A DNA stretch of 64,000 bases from Octopus vulgaris (Eukaryota). Under the pieces are notes generated by a model, which saw only the letters and a list, made by a program, of their open reading frames with translations, searched no databases and was not told the origin of the DNA. Shown in pieces: positions 1-14,022 of the stretch (positions are counted from its first letter, which is position 1; each line of letters opens with the position of its first letter). Both the position numbers and the translations under genes were made by a program. Location of the stretch: contig OX597817.1 in NCBI GenBank assembly GCA_951406725.2, positions 31,310,001-31,374,000 on the forward strand, given 5' to 3'.

Positions 1-2
1 AG

Positions 3-40
3 TCTTTAACGTTTCGAGCCTACGCTCTTCAACAGAAAGA
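3..40 (-). ncRNA. Minimal type I hammerhead-like motif, variant core CUGUUGA (family A)
   Basis: Minus strand reads TCTTT-CTGTTGA-A-GAGC-gtag-GCTC-GAAACGT-T-AAAGA: stem I TCTTT/AAAGA, stem II GAGC/GCTC, palindromic ACGT stem III. Element continues to (TA)n at ~107; other copies at 14573, 46209, 52498. Confidence 0.55.
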
Positions 41-107
41 TACACAGAGAGAAAAAAACACAGAAAGAAGGAGAGAAAAAAATGCGTGCAGTAGCTAACG
101 AATCAAC

Positions 108-138
<31 letters not shown>

Positions 139-162
139 TATAAACACACATATATATACACG

Positions 163-221
<59 letters not shown>

Positions 222-804
222 GCATACACACATATCGGTATAATAAACTTGTGATTCATAGCACTTGACTGATCGGTTCAAGACATAATTACAACGCACT
301 CACTCTTCACACAATATAAAGCTGCATGTATAACTTCGAAAACATTTCCAAACAACTTTATTGTTTTTAATTCTGAATCATTTTCTATTCGGAAATTTCT
401 CAATTTAATGAAGAGAACCCGGCTTAACCTAGCAACATTTCAATGGAGCCCTGCCCCTTGAAACACTGAAGATTCAAGTTGCAGATGGAAAACGATGCGT
501 ACATCCGCTAATCTTATGTATGTATATAGCGCCTTCTCGACAGGCTATTGGTCTCACATCGGCAGAACATTGATAGTTTAAAACTCTGCCATGAAAGCAT
601 AAGTAACCAATGCATTAATTTACACATTGACTAGTTTGCACATTGGCTATACCAATACACACATGCACAAACATGTGTGTGTAAACTTGTGTATACTTAT
701 TTATACGTAAGTGGGTACTTGTCTTTCGAACAGCCTGCTGACGATGACTTCGCTGGTCGAAACTTCGAAGTGACTATCAGTGATATTCTTGCTTAAGAAT
801 TATG

Positions 805-842
<38 letters not shown>

Positions 843-2251
843 CGTGCGTGTGTGCGTGTGTGAGTGTGTATGTATCTGTGTGTGTACACATGCTCAAACA
901 TAAAATCTCAACACACACACACACACATCTGTATATGTGTGTGTGTGCGTGTGTGTGTGCTTCAGTTCGTATGTTTGTGCATGTGTGCATATATATATAT
1001 GTGTGTGTATGTATGTATGTAAGTATGTATGTATGTATGTATGTATGTATGTATGTATGTATGCATGCATGTATGTATATATGTATGCATGTATGTATGT
1101 ATATGCTGTATGACTAAATGTATGTAAATATATATATCTATATGCGTATGGATGCCTGTATGTCTTGATGAATGTACGCGTTTCGTCATCACTGAAGATT
1201 TATTCAAGATATTGGGTTAATATAATTACTCTCTGTCATCTCCAAAAGTTTTCGCCCGTTATTTACTAGTATCATATAAAACATGTATTTGTATTTTTCT
1301 CAACTTTATCGTGGTGCTGTAAAAAAATGACGTAGATATTAAGTAATGCTATCCAAAGATAATATCTTTACCACAACGCCGTATCGTTGTCTGTTCTGTG
1401 TCAGTCTGTCTTACTTTCTCGCTTTCTTTACACGTATACATGTGTGATTCTATCAGTACGTTCATGCGTGCGTGTCTGTGTGTGTGCGTGTGTGAGTCTG
1501 CGTAGATTTTTTTGTGTTGCTAACTGTATATATCTAAGTATTCCATACATACATACATGCATACATCCATATATACATGCATACAAACATACACACATGC
1601 ATACATATATACATACATACATTTAGTTATTTACTTTGATTTATATTGAACATTATGCAAATATACAAACGTCTATGCTCACATGCAAGAATATAGCATA
1701 TATGTGTGTATGTGTGTAAATGTGTGTGTGTAAGTGTATAAAAAAAGCATGTGGTGGTTGTTTATAAATGAGCAGTTTTTGATTTAAACTTTTGAGCTGA
1801 CAAGAGATCATCTACAAAAATTTAAGACTCATAGCTTAGTAGCGCGTACCATGCTTTCGCTAATTATTTCAGGTGCCTACGGAGCCATGAGCAAAAATAG
1901 GCAACCTCACGACTTTCCCATCCCCTTTGAGCCAGCGGCTCACCCAGGATATACCAGCGGAAAGGATAAAGATGTGCAGGAACGCTTGGCAGGTATTCTT
2001 TTCAGCTAAGAAGACTGAAGCAACGTGTAATGAAGTGCATTGCTCAATAATACAACGCCGCTTGTTCTAGGAATTGAAGACATGACGTTATGATTATGAG
2101 TCGAACATCCTATCCACCAGACTATGCACCTTCACCCTACAAATGTAAGCTCTATGCAATGCACTGAGTTGTCTTTTCTTCCTTTATATTTCAAACACCT
2201 AAATATGTGTTTACATGTATATATACATATATACACATGTTTGCTTGACTA

Positions 2252-2294
<43 letters not shown>

Positions 2295-2338
2295 CATAAA
2301 TAATATGTATATATATGCATATATACATATATATGTTT

Positions 2339-3022
2339 ATGGGTACACGACGTCATAAAACGTAATCAACATGAAATACCAAATACGAAAACATGGAATA
2401 CGAACTTTTTGCGAACAACGAAAGAAACATATGGAAAACAAGACAAGTAACATAAAGAATGACCTTTCATAAGTTGTCGGCTGTTTATCTATTCTACATT
2501 TCTTACAATTACGACAGGATGTGTCTTCGAGAAAACAGTTGCTCCCGCAAAGCAAAATAAGATTTGGGACTTCTTGAGGAGGGTCAAAGTTGGTAACAAA
2601 AACAGGACAGTGAAAACAAACAATAAAGGCTGCTAAGCCATAACGAGGTGAATTGGAGGAACAAGCTTTGACCGGAGAAAAGATAGGAGAGGAGACAGAC
2701 AAAAATGCGTGTGATCTGTGAGGCAGATTAAGAGGAAAGAAAGCAGCTCAAGTCAAGAAAAGAAAGATGGCCGATGGCCACGTGTGAGCAACGAGAGAGT
2801 AAAGGAGGAAGAGTGAGAAAGAGAGAGGGACAGGTAGAGAACAGTGACGGGGAGAGAAAAAGAATTAGAGAAAGGATGAGAGAGGAAAAACGAAAGAGGG
2901 AGAAGGGGCGATAAAAAGAGTTAGAGAAAGTAAGAGAGGGGAATCGAAGAAAGTCGCATCAAAATTATTAAGATAAACTTACATGGAAATGGATGCGTGG
3001 CGTTCAGTCATATAATAATATA

Positions 3023-3105
<83 letters not shown>

Positions 3106-3210
3106 TACTTACATATATGTGTATATACATATGCATATATGGGTACAGGACATCATAAAACGTAAACAACAGGAAATACGAAAACATGGAATACGAATTT
3201 TTTTGCACGA
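2339..3210. mobile_element. (TA)n-associated non-coding element with ~70-bp terminal direct repeat (period 800 bp)
   Basis: atgggtaca..cgtcataaaacgtaa..caa...tacgaaaacatggaatacgaa at 2339-2410 recurs at 3139-3205; loosely related segments at ~24620-24860 and ~27180-27450. Confidence 0.45.
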
Positions 3211-3240
3211 ATGAGTCCTTGTACGTATTTATGCATGTAT

Positions 3241-3415
3241 TGTGGAAGGATTCCGACCACCCCCGTGTGACTAAAAGTGGACTGAGACATGTTAAATAGA
3301 CAACTGTCGGGTCGCCAGCAGTTCGGGTTGATAAGCAGTTCGCTGTGAGCTGTGCTATAGAGTTTTGAGTCGTGTAATTAGTTTCTTACACCTTGCTTAT
3401 CTTATATATCCAACA
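3241..3415. mobile_element. Possible short solo LTR
   Basis: Begins TGTGG and ends CCAACA (TG...CA inverted termini), ~175 bp; no TSD visible. Confidence 0.25.
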
Positions 3416-3444
3416 TACAAGGATATGAAAGTGTGTATATATAT

Positions 3445-3570
3445 AAGTAGGTAAGTAAGTAGGTAGGTAGGTAGGTAGGTAGGTAGGTAGGTAGGTAGAT
3501 AGGTAGAAATGTAGGTAGGTAGGTAGGTAGGTAGGTAGGTAGGTAGGTAGGTAGGTAGGTAGGTAGGTAG
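3445..3570. repeat. (TAGG)n microsatellite
   Basis: Direct reading. Confidence 0.95.
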
Positions 3571-3594
3571 ATGGGTCATAACCCCAAGTTATAT

Positions 3595-3930
3595 ATGCTC
3601 GGCTCCAGACTCCCTAAACTAATTTTCTATGGTGAGCTAACAGTTGGCTCTCCGCCACGTTGTGGATCAAAGAACAGATACAAAAACACCTTCAAAACAA
3701 CCTTGAAAAAGTTTAAGTTAGGACCATCTACTTAGGAACATCTAAGTATTTCAGAGTATACGTAGTGCCGTATAATTTGGAGTACAATATTCAGAATCAG
3801 AAATGATCAGAAAAAAAAGTAAAGAATGGAGGTCTGTACAGAAAGCAAGAGTCCCACCGGGTTCTGGCTGATATTACGTGTCCACACTGTATTTTATGCT
3901 TATATTGACCTAATAAGCTACCTCATAATC
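3595..3930 (+). mobile_element. Decayed RTE-clade LINE 3' fragment
   Basis: Translates as RLPKLIFYGELTVGS..RCG.KNRYKNTFKTTL, matching the RTE C-terminal R.PK.I.YGEL..G.R..G....RYKD motif, with a CPHC remnant near 3880. Confidence 0.65.
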
Positions 3931-4615
3931 TTCAAAGAATAAAAGCTGCTGATATGGTCTTCATCAGAGATATGAACGACAAACGTTATGCATGTATATT
4001 ATGACCCCAAATTATTATGAAGTTATATGAACATCTACTGAGCACTTTGGCGAAAATATATAATTTAAGGCAAGTTTGTGTACCCTGTAGAGTATTATGT
4101 ATATTAAAGCAAATATGTGGCGTATCAATTCGTGTTACATGCTTTGCAGTAACTTTTCCGCGGAAGGTAGCTTCATTTATTAGCATACAAAATATTTAGT
4201 GGTTTGGTTTTCATCACATTCGTCTCCTCTGGACATTTTTATGTCTAACAACACATGACTAATATATTTATGCTAGATAGAGATAGATTCTATAATTTTA
4301 CACCACCTGGTGAAGGATAAGGTCCGCTACATCGAAGCCTGTGTAATGAGAGACGTCCTTCAAGATAAGATCATGCACTTTTCCTTTATGTCGCATATCA
4401 AGATTTTTATATTTCCGTTAATTCTTTTTACTGCATTAAGTCATAGCCCCAAATTATTCATAATTTATATGAGGATTTGTTGAGCACTTTGATAAAAAAA
4501 AACTTTACTGTGATTAACTGTAATGTCGACGGTAGAGCGCTACTATATCATGATACCCAGTATAGATAGACATATATATACCGATCGCTCGATCGACAGA
4601 TAGATAGATAGATAT

Positions 4616-4676
<61 letters not shown>

Positions 4677-5017
4677 CCACTTCCTCTATATTGACCAGAC
4701 TATCAGATATTGCTACACATCGCTGGTCACAATGCGCTTTTCGAATTGTTGAGGCTTTCGAATGATGCCACCATGCTGGATGCATGGAGGACATGTTAAC
4801 ATTCACCCTGAACTAAACACTAGTCTTTCGCAATATTACTCATTTACAGCTGAGTACACTCAATCAACGTGAAACGAAGAGTTATGTCCAAGAACACATG
4901 CACTTGGGAATCGAAAGTACGATCTTACAATCATGAGTGCAACAGCCAAACCACAAGGCCACACACTTTCACTATAAATACATGTAGATAGATAGACAGA
5001 CAGATAAATAGACAGAC

Positions 5018-5090
<73 letters not shown>

Positions 5091-5966
5091 CTCACAGTTA
5101 TCTGTGTGAGCGTGTGTATATGTATGTATGTATGTATGTATATATGAAGAAAGAGAAATGTACGTATATATATATATATAACCTCTAACATATCTTGCTT
5201 ATATATATATGATTGTATGCATGAATATATATACGTTTGTGTGTGTGTGTGTTATGTCCGCGCTTGTGTATATACGTATTTGTATCTCAGTTGTTTGCTG
5301 TGCTTCTGTGTGTAAATAGGCTTTTAGCACCATATGCCTGGATAATTATTATCGCGGTTGGGTTTCTTGCGCAGTATTGAAAGATCACAGAATCCATAGA
5401 GTGAGCTCCTATGAATAGTTTATAGACTGTAGCAATATTCCCTCTAATTTTGAGTAACCAGTATATGCAAATATTTCATATTGTGCAAATCTTTTCTTTT
5501 TTCAGCCACAAACGCATATTATACTGAATGTATTACCAAATATAATTATTGCTAAATTATTTTAGGTCCGAGACCAAATAGTGGTTTTTAAATATTTTTT
5601 AGGAATGATTACATCAGCGAAAAAATGGCGACACTTTAAGTGATTGATCGGACACGTTAAATAATGTTGTTGCAGTTACGGTAGTCTGAATAAAAGAGAG
5701 GATGGTATTGGTTAGAAAGCTTTTGATCACAGACCGGGACTAGCGTTGCTATAGACGGCGGCAACATATTGTCACAGACGTTTACAATGTTTTTAAGAGT
5801 TTATTAGCCGTTTCTTTTAAAAACACCGAAAATTTTAGGAATCTTTAGAAACGTTTTTTATGGTAAACACGCGCACGAGCATATATATTCTTTTATTCTT
5901 TTACATTTTCAGTTAGTTGGAGTAATAAGTGTGTGTGCGTGCGTGTATGTCTGTGTGTGCGCGCGC

Positions 5967-6024
<58 letters not shown>

Positions 6025-6045
6025 ATACATACATACATGCATACA

Positions 6046-6079
<34 letters not shown>

Positions 6080-6509
6080 CATACATACCTACATAAATAA
6101 ATGAACAAGAACGCCGCAACAGATGACAATAAAACATCTGGATGGGAAAAAACAAGGACAGGTCATTTGCAGCCTTCAATTATCAGTCAAGTTTCCAGAT
6201 CATCCTTACAGTTTCGGCAGATTACACTTGAGACTATTCAAATCTGGTTGGCTCCAAAAATCTAAGCTAAGAGACGTGTGTGTGTGTATATATATATAAA
6301 CAGCTGGGCGAAGTATTTGCATCTTCTAGAATGTGGTTCAAACCAAAGAAATCTCAGAACCGCTCACTGCGGAAAGGGAAATTAGCGGAAAGAGTCGTGT
6401 GGACTACTGCTTTCAACCGTTGTCATCCCACAGTGTCAACTTAATAGCGGAACTTGAGAGTGTTTAGCGCTGCTACACCAGGAAGATCGCATCAGTGAAA
6501 CAGCTGACC

Positions 6510-6890
6510 TTTTGGGAGAGATAGAAAGTGCTATGACTATACTCACTGGGGAGAAGACGGGAGATAAAAGTAGAGATATACGTATGGAAGATCCTGGAAA
6601 GATTGGCACCAAATTTTGGCATCGAGAGCTATACCAGCTCCGAACTAGACGTCACTGCACTGTTCTAAAGCCCCACCCCCGCCGTTTAGATTGAGGGCCA
6701 TGTACTGCAATAGCTAAGGGGTCAAGGACCCACGGCCATTTAATACCTTGCCAAAGCATTTGGGGATGTACGTGGAGCAGTGTTTTCAAGAAACAACTTG
6801 ACCTCTTGTTGTCTAAGGTCCCAATGGTCCTAGATCATAGTAAGAAACTCAAAGAGAGTAGCAATGTCGACCTCCCTCCATTAAAAGCCA
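6510..6890 (+). mobile_element. Decayed CR1/L2-group LINE 3' fragment
   Basis: Broken-frame remnants of WER..VL.LYSL.RRR...IYVWKILE, FN.LP and FKKQLDLLLSKVP. Confidence 0.55.
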
Positions 6891-7005
6891 ACAGCATGTG
6901 AATGGCTCCATTGAAAAATAGATAATACTGGCAATGTTCCAGCATTGCCACAACGTTTGGGCTGAAGCGCATAAAAGAATAAAAGAATGAAAGAATACAT
7001 ACACA

Positions 7006-7095
<90 letters not shown>

Positions 7096-7106
7096 TACGT
7101 ACGTTG

Positions 7107-7152
<46 letters not shown>

Positions 7153-8421
7153 AAAAAAATACAAACTGGGACATGAACGCAAAACATTTAGAAGATGATA
7201 CAAAAAGCACGGACGGGACATTCGAAGCCTTCAATCTTCAGTCAAGAACCGGATCATCCTCGCAGTTTCGGCTGATTAATCTTGAGATTGCTCCAATCTG
7301 GCCAGCCCCAAGGAAAAACTAAGCTAAGCTAAGCGCACTAGATTCCAACACAACATTCTATAGTTACCGCATATACATTAACATAGGAATCGCCGTTCTC
7401 TCTCTAAAGAGAAAACACAGAAGTGTATTAAGAGTTTCTTTCTTTTGAAATAATTGCCTTCATCGTATTGAAAGAACGAATAATTGAATTGGACGATATA
7501 TATGTAGGTTAAGCTAGAATGACTTCTTATAGACATAACAGGCGTCATTTTGCTTTCTCTTTAATTCCCTAATTATTTTGAAAGTAATTGACTATGAATC
7601 AACTTATTTTGTCAATTATAACAAGAGGAATCATTAAAATATTCTAATTAAGAATCGTTCAAAAACTCTGAATTGTTACTGTGAAGAAATATATTTTCTT
7701 ATGTTTATGGTGTGGTTGGTGTGTGTAGACACCATATACCTTCTAATAGAAATATTTAAATATACGTAACAAACTCACATACCCCAGTGTCAAGAAGGCA
7801 TTGGGTATGTAAGAAATCAACATGAAGATTTCAAGTCATAACTTATGGATTTCTATCCTGTAACAAGTTCTGCGTTGTGTCCTTAAGCAAGGCTCTGACT
7901 CTAATTGTTCTCATCTGTTTGTTACAGTCTATTTGTTCCAATCTATTTGCTCTTGTTTATAAAAAATGAAAAATATGAGATTATAAGTTTGACTGGGTGA
8001 CTATTAAACTGACTGCATAATTGTTAATTGGCAAGTAATTATTAACTGCATTTGTAGGGTATCCACCTACAGGTCATTACTCTGACTCTGTAACAATAAA
8101 AATATTTACACAAAGACATAGAGGTACACCAGTTGGTACTCCAAAACATTTGCAATAGTGTTGTCCACATAACTGTAAATAAAGATCACGCTTAAAATGT
8201 ACTGGCTGAGCTCAGGTTTACTGATGCAGCCAAAATACTGTCTCAATATACGCTTCTTTGAATAACCATACAGAAACGAAGGATTGCGTTATGCTCCCAA
8301 AAACCTAATATTTTACGTAATATTACTACAAACAGCTAGACTGACTTCAGATTTATGCCAAATCCAAGAAATAATTCTTAATTTTTTTCGATTTTAAACA
8401 GAATAAAATATACTTTTCACT

Positions 8422-9207
8422 TTAGGCACAAGGTACGAAATTTTGGGGGAGGTGCCAGTCGATTAGCTCGACCCCAGTACGCAACTGGTACTCAATTTAT
8501 CGACCCCTAAAGGATGAAAGATAAAGTCGACCTCGGTGGAATTTGAACTCAGAATGTAAAGACAGACGAAATACCTATTTCGTTACTAGCCACAAGGGGC
8601 TAAACACAGAGAGGACAAACAAGGACAGACAAACGGATTAAGTCGATTACATAGACCCCAGTGCGTAACTGGTACTTATTTAATCGACCCCGAAAGGATG
8701 AAAGGCAAAGTCGACCTCGGCGGAATTTGAACTTAGAACGTAACGCCAGACGAAATACTGCTATGCATTTCGTCCGGTGTGCTAACGCTTCTTATTTCTT
8801 TATTGCTCACAAGGGGTTAAACATAGAGGGGACAAACAAAGACAGACAAAGGGATTGTGTCGATTAAATCGACCCCAGTGCGTAACTGGTACTTATTTAA
8901 TCGATCCCGAAAGGATGAAAGGCAAAGTTGAGCTCGGCGGATTTTGAACTCCGAACGTAGCGGCAGACGAAATACCTATTTCTTTACTACCCACAAGGGG
9001 CTAAACACAGAGAGGACAAACAAACATACACAATCGGATTAAGTCGATTATATCGACCCCAGTGCGTAACTGGTACTTAATTTATCGACCCCGAGAGGAT
9101 GAAAGGCAAAGTCGACCTCGGCGGAATTTGAACTCAGAACGTAGCGGCAGACGAAATACTGCTAAGCATTTCGCCCGGCGTGCTAACGTTTCTGTCAGCT
9201 CGCCGCC
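8422..9207 (-). mobile_element. Tandem multimer (~4 units) of tRNA-derived SINE family A
   Basis: Core cgaccccagtgcgtaactggtactta...cgaaaggatgaaaggcaaagtcgacctcggcggaatttgaac recurs at ~8470, 8655, 8870 and 9055; SINE head GGCGGCGAGCTG at 9207. Confidence 0.9.
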
Positions 9208-10044
9208 TTAAACAGAATCAAATATTTTATATACAAAATGAATATATTTTTAATGCACATTATTATGATATACGCGTTTCAAATCTTATTAAATATATTG
9301 CAGCAATATCTTATGATGGCCAATTTTAGAAGTACCTTTGTACCTATTAGTTTTTTGAATATGTTAGGAACTTTGCCGAACACTTAGTTTTTGGATTTGC
9401 TTCTAATGGTTTCCGGGCAATTATATCTGATGGGCCAAACATGTTTCTTTCTTTCTTTTTAGCTCGAGCTATGTCTTCGTCAGTTCTTATAGTAAGAAAT
9501 TGTTTATTTCTGTTCTCTTTCTTCTTTCAGTTTTTTTTTTTTCTTTCTTTTTTTATTGAAATTTGACAAATGTTTTGCGAAGTAGACCAATAGCAGTTTT
9601 GTAATACGATAAAACTAACAGCTGCAATAATCAGAATTATTTCTTTTAATGATATGAATGGATTCTCATTGAGAAACAAAGCATCTAGCTTAGAAGCAAA
9701 TGAACGCATGGACTGATGACGCTAATTAAATACCCAACTGAAAAGGAAAATTAATGGACATTTCAATAAAAGTGCATCGAAACTGAACTGCTGATTCGAT
9801 CCAAAGGAGCTTAGCCTAAAAATGCGGCATTCGTCCAAAACACTTATGATTAATATTTCAATTCTAGTCTCCGTCTCTACCCACATCACTTCAACCAATA
9901 CCGGGACTACTAACACAATTCTAACTTCAATAAAAATAAAGAGCCCGCAGGACTACCTTGGCTGAGAAATAACCTTTCGTCAAAAGTGACCCCGCTATGA
10001 TCGGTCCATCTTATTAGGTATATCTAGGGCTGAATTAACTAATT

Positions 10045-10365
10045 CATCGAAAGGATGAAAGGCAAAGTCGACCTCGGCTGAATTTGAACACAGAACGCAA
10101 AGACGGACAAAATAACGCTAAGGGTTTTCCCTGTCATGCTAACGATTTTGCCAGCTCACCGCTTTAATAATAATGATTTTAAATTTTTTCCACAGGAGCA
10201 GCTTGAGAGAGGGGATTAGGTCGATTACATCGACTCCAGTGTGTAACTGGTACTTATTTAATCGACCCCGAAAGGATGTAAAGCAAAGTCGACCTCGGCG
10301 GAATTGGAACTCAGAAACTAGCATTTTGCCCGGCGTGCTAACGATTCTGCCATCTCATCGCCTTG
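10045..10365 (-). mobile_element. Two partial SINE family A copies
   Basis: Same gaaaggatgaaaggcaaagtcgacctcgg core as 8422-9207. Confidence 0.8.
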
Positions 10366-10394
10366 ACGCTGCCTTAATAAAAGTAAACCAATCT

Positions 10395-10745
10395 CGTGGA
10401 GGCAGTCGAGAGATCGCGGGTTCAAATCTCAGAACGAGCCATGTGTGATCATGAGTGAAACACCTAAGCTCCACGCGGTTCCGGCAGAAGATAATGGCAA
10501 ACTTCTGCTGACTCTTTCGCCACAACTTTCACTCTTTCCTCTTGTATCTAGCAGCTCACCTGAGACGGACCGGCATCCCGTGAAGGTGGGGAACCTATAC
10601 GCCATGAAACCGGGAAACAGCCCTTATGGCTCGAGAAGGAATAAACAACAACATATTATCTCTCATTATCACTGCAAGGAATCGAACTCACAGCCTTATG
10701 ACCATGAGCCGAATACCCTAACCGCTAAGCCATGCGCCTTCACAC
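10395..10745. mobile_element. SINE family B-related fragments
   Basis: gaaacacctaagctccacgcggttccggcag similar to the 16559 copy; a minus-strand tRNA-like head at ~10670-10745. Confidence 0.65.
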
Positions 10746-11344
10746 AATAGGATTAAACTCAGAGTTTACCGCGAAATTGCTGTCTGAAATATTACTAATG
10801 AATATGGAGTAAACTTCATCATCGTTTTTGGAGGCAGAGATAGGAAGCACATCACGCTGCTTTACTTTACGTTATCTTCTGGCTCATGTGTATCGTTAGC
10901 AGAGTTCGCATTATTGGATCAGATTATTGGCAGGTAGTTATCATGACCTCTCGACGCGCCAACACTTTAGCACTTCTATAAGTGTCAAAAGATAAAATAA
11001 AGATAACACGCCCTCCTCTTCTTTAACATTCTTAGACTTTCATTCACACAACGTCTTATTAAACTAAGCAATAATTCTATGGAGAAGGCCTCCACATGTG
11101 CTGGCTGCTGTGCATCCAAATCAACACAGCTCACACCCGGTGAATTTCTTACAAAGCTCCCCCTTTTCACCCCACCAGCCTCAACGCTATGCACACATAC
11201 ACGCCACGTGCCAAAGGACCTTTTGACGTTTCAGGGCTAACAATTTTATTGGCCCTGACGATGTTTCTTTCATCATTCTAAAAAAAAATGCGCCCCTGAA
11301 TTAGACCCTAACCTCTCCAAACTCTTCTCTCTCTCTCTCTCCCT

Positions 11345-11379
<35 letters not shown>

Positions 11380-12665
11380 ATACGTCTATTCTGGCAATCG
11401 CAGTTCACACTCTTTTGCCTCTTGTTATCCACATAGCATTCCTCGAACCCCAATACCTGCAGTAAATGCTGGCCCCAGTCTCTTATTTCCAGAACATGAT
11501 CTTTCTTTCTTTTGAATTTCCTCTCAAAATACTTTTTTCTTGCAGTCGTCCACTTACAAGTGTTAAAACCAAGCGTTAACTGTGTTGACCTCATCGATCT
11601 TCGTAAAGACTACAAAGACAAAGAGCACAGCCCCTTCTTTCAAACCCCACTAATAAATAAATAAGAACAACTGCAAAAAAAAAAAAAGTTATGTACTTTT
11701 TACAGTATATAGATCGCCTTACCATTCTAGCAACTGGCGCCTGCATCGAGATTCTAGTCTTCATATTGGAGTTACTGGGCGGGGAGAAATTAATTAAATA
11801 ATCATATTTGGGACCTGAATTAATGGCAAACTATTCTGAGGACATTTCTTTGTTTCTTCTTTAAGTGAATTTCATGCTGTGTTTGTGTGTGTGTGTGTGA
11901 GTGAGATTGTCTATGTATGTTTATATATATAAATACATATACATATGTATACGTGTGAATGTGTACGTGGGTGTGTATGTGTGCGTGATTTGTGTAATAT
12001 ATATATATAAGTGTAATGGCTGTGTGTTTATGTTTTAATATGTATATATGTTTGCGTATGTTCATTTACATGTGTATATGTCAGGGTTTGATTATTTGTG
12101 TAAGTGCGTGAACTGTGAGTGTGTGAGCGCACGTGTGTGTGTAAGAGTGTGCGCGTGTGCCTTTAGTCGCTCGATTTGACAAAGTAAATTACAAAATGTG
12201 TGCTTGTTGATTTTATATATATATATAAATATATATGTATTTCACTTTTTTTCTCTCTCTCGTTTGCTAACATCTTTCAGAACTCTAATTAATCAGTATA
12301 TTCTCTCGCAACCTTCAAGAGTTGTTCATATGTTGTGTGCATTCAACTACGTAATCTACGCAAAACCATGATAAGGAATTAATATACAAGTTAAGGATTA
12401 ATATTCCTTAATCTCACGCACTGGTGCGAAAAATAGAACTGCTTGGCCTATCGTTATCAAACTTATATATAAATGAGTGATCAGCCCTATTCAGAGTTCT
12501 TCTGACACTCTGCTACCCATTTCCATCAGCCAAAAAGTATACGTCTACGTGGTGTTTCAGCCTACCGTATATAGCAATCAAACCTCTTTAGAATCTTAGA
12601 TTCCCACACCACCATCTTTAAAAATAATGGAAGGGACAGTGAGGATATTGTGGTCTGAAATAAAC

Positions 12666-12897
12666 GGCGGCGAGCTGGCAGAAATGTTAGCACGCCGGGC
12701 GAAATGCTTAGCGGTATTTCGTCTGCGTTACGTTGTGAGTTCAAATTCCGCCGAGGTCGATTTTGCCTTTCATCCTTTCGAGGTCGATAAAATAAGTACC
12801 AGTTACGCACTGTGGTCGATTTAATCGACTTAATACCTATGTCTGTCCTTGTTTGTCCCCTCTGTGTTTAGCCCCTTGTGGGTAATAAAGAAATAGG
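12666..12897 (+). mobile_element. tRNA-derived SINE family A
   Basis: GGCGGCGAGCTGGCAGAAATGTTAG head, B-box-like GAGTTCAAATTCC, central gcctttcatcctttcgaggtcgataaaataagtaccag domain. Confidence 0.9.
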
Positions 12898-13109
12898 TAT
12901 TTGAAAGGAACAGTTATTGTTTGAATATTTTGGATCATAGGATTAACCTGGGATTACAGAACAGCATCAAAAACAGACAATTTTATGCGCTTACGTGGAC
13001 GCTTGACTCACCAGAAATATCAACCAAACCCCTTCAAATGACAACCTTCCGTCATGAAGTAAAACGGACTATATAATGTCTCTGATATTCAAAAGAATCG
13101 AGATAAGCT

Positions 13110-13541
13110 GAAATTCGTTTGAAACTCCGACATCTGGCAGCTGACTTGGCAGACACCCATAAAATTATTAACCATCTTACCAACTATATCTCTGAGCACC
13201 TTTTCAAGCTCCACCTGTCTAACACCCGTGGACATGTTTACAAAGTCAGAAAACAACACAGCTCCCATGACTTTCAGAAACAGTTTTTCACATTAAGAGT
13301 TGCTGAAGCATGGAACAAACTGCTGGCATTAGTTGTTAGTTGTCGGAGCACTGCATCCTTCAAAACTTCCATGCTTCCTGAGATTCGCCAACACTACACC
13401 TGATTTTCACCTCGCCATACACACGCAAGCATGTATCTGACTCATACACTGTTCACTTTCCAGACATTTGTACATTACTGCATATGCTTTATATGCACTT
13501 TTGACAAGTTGTGGTGCACCAGAGCACTGTATACAATAATT

Positions 13542-13605
<64 letters not shown>

Positions 13606-13622
13606 TACTACTACTATTACTA
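13110..13622 (+). mobile_element. CR1-group LINE 3' end with (ATT)n tail
   Basis: ORF 13119..13403 has TRGHVYKV...FFTLRVAEAWNKL..VV...S..SFK (CR1 RT C-terminal motif), then a 3' UTR and (ATT)n at 13543-13622. Confidence 0.85.
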
Positions 13623-14022
13623 TAGGTCTGTTCAATAAGGGCTGAACTAGTACTATTGAAATAACGATGATCAACTGAATAATTTGGTATTGTAAATTAT
13701 ATTTAGGTCAGGATATTAATGAAACGTTCTATCATCATGATACGATACAGCGCGGGTAAAGTGATAGTAACTATTGAATTTACGGGTCAAACAGCTGATT
13801 TGGTGGAGTGGACTAACTCTATCGTTCAACACAGAAACAGCAACCAACTTTATCTAAAGGTTACTCTAATGTCATAAAACTGAAGGACACAGTATAATGT
13901 GGTTCTAGCTCATAAATATCAGATAAAAAGCGAGCTAGTAACGGCTAGAATCTTTGATTTCATAAGTCTATTTGGATAACTGTGAACCAGGGATTAAACA
14001 GGGATAACTGCTAACCAAAGTA

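Noticed and set aside
466-505. CTGAAGA...GAAAACGATGCGTA
   Set aside because: No convincing stem I or stem II.
738-775. CTGACGA-tGAC..GTC-GAAAC-ttcgaa-GTG hammerhead-like motif
   Set aside because: Core and palindromic stem III present, but the triplet is GUG and no stem I pairs; at best a decayed copy.
1170-1260. Minus-strand CGAAAC-GC-GTA half motif
   Set aside because: No CUGANGA core or matching stems upstream.
4000-4500. ~55-bp diverged direct repeat with ~445-bp spacing and CTGGTGA...CGAAG motif
   Set aside because: Too diverged, not TA-flanked, and the core is non-canonical at several positions.
6140-7345. Repeat pair (6140-6270, 7200-7345; also 40530-40590) with CTGAAGA and CGAAAC on the minus strand
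   Set aside because: Real TA-adjacent repeat, but motif order and pairing did not give a valid hammerhead fold.
8422-9207. CRISPR-like repeat array
   Set aside because: Units are ~200-bp SINE cores without unique spacers, in a eukaryotic context.
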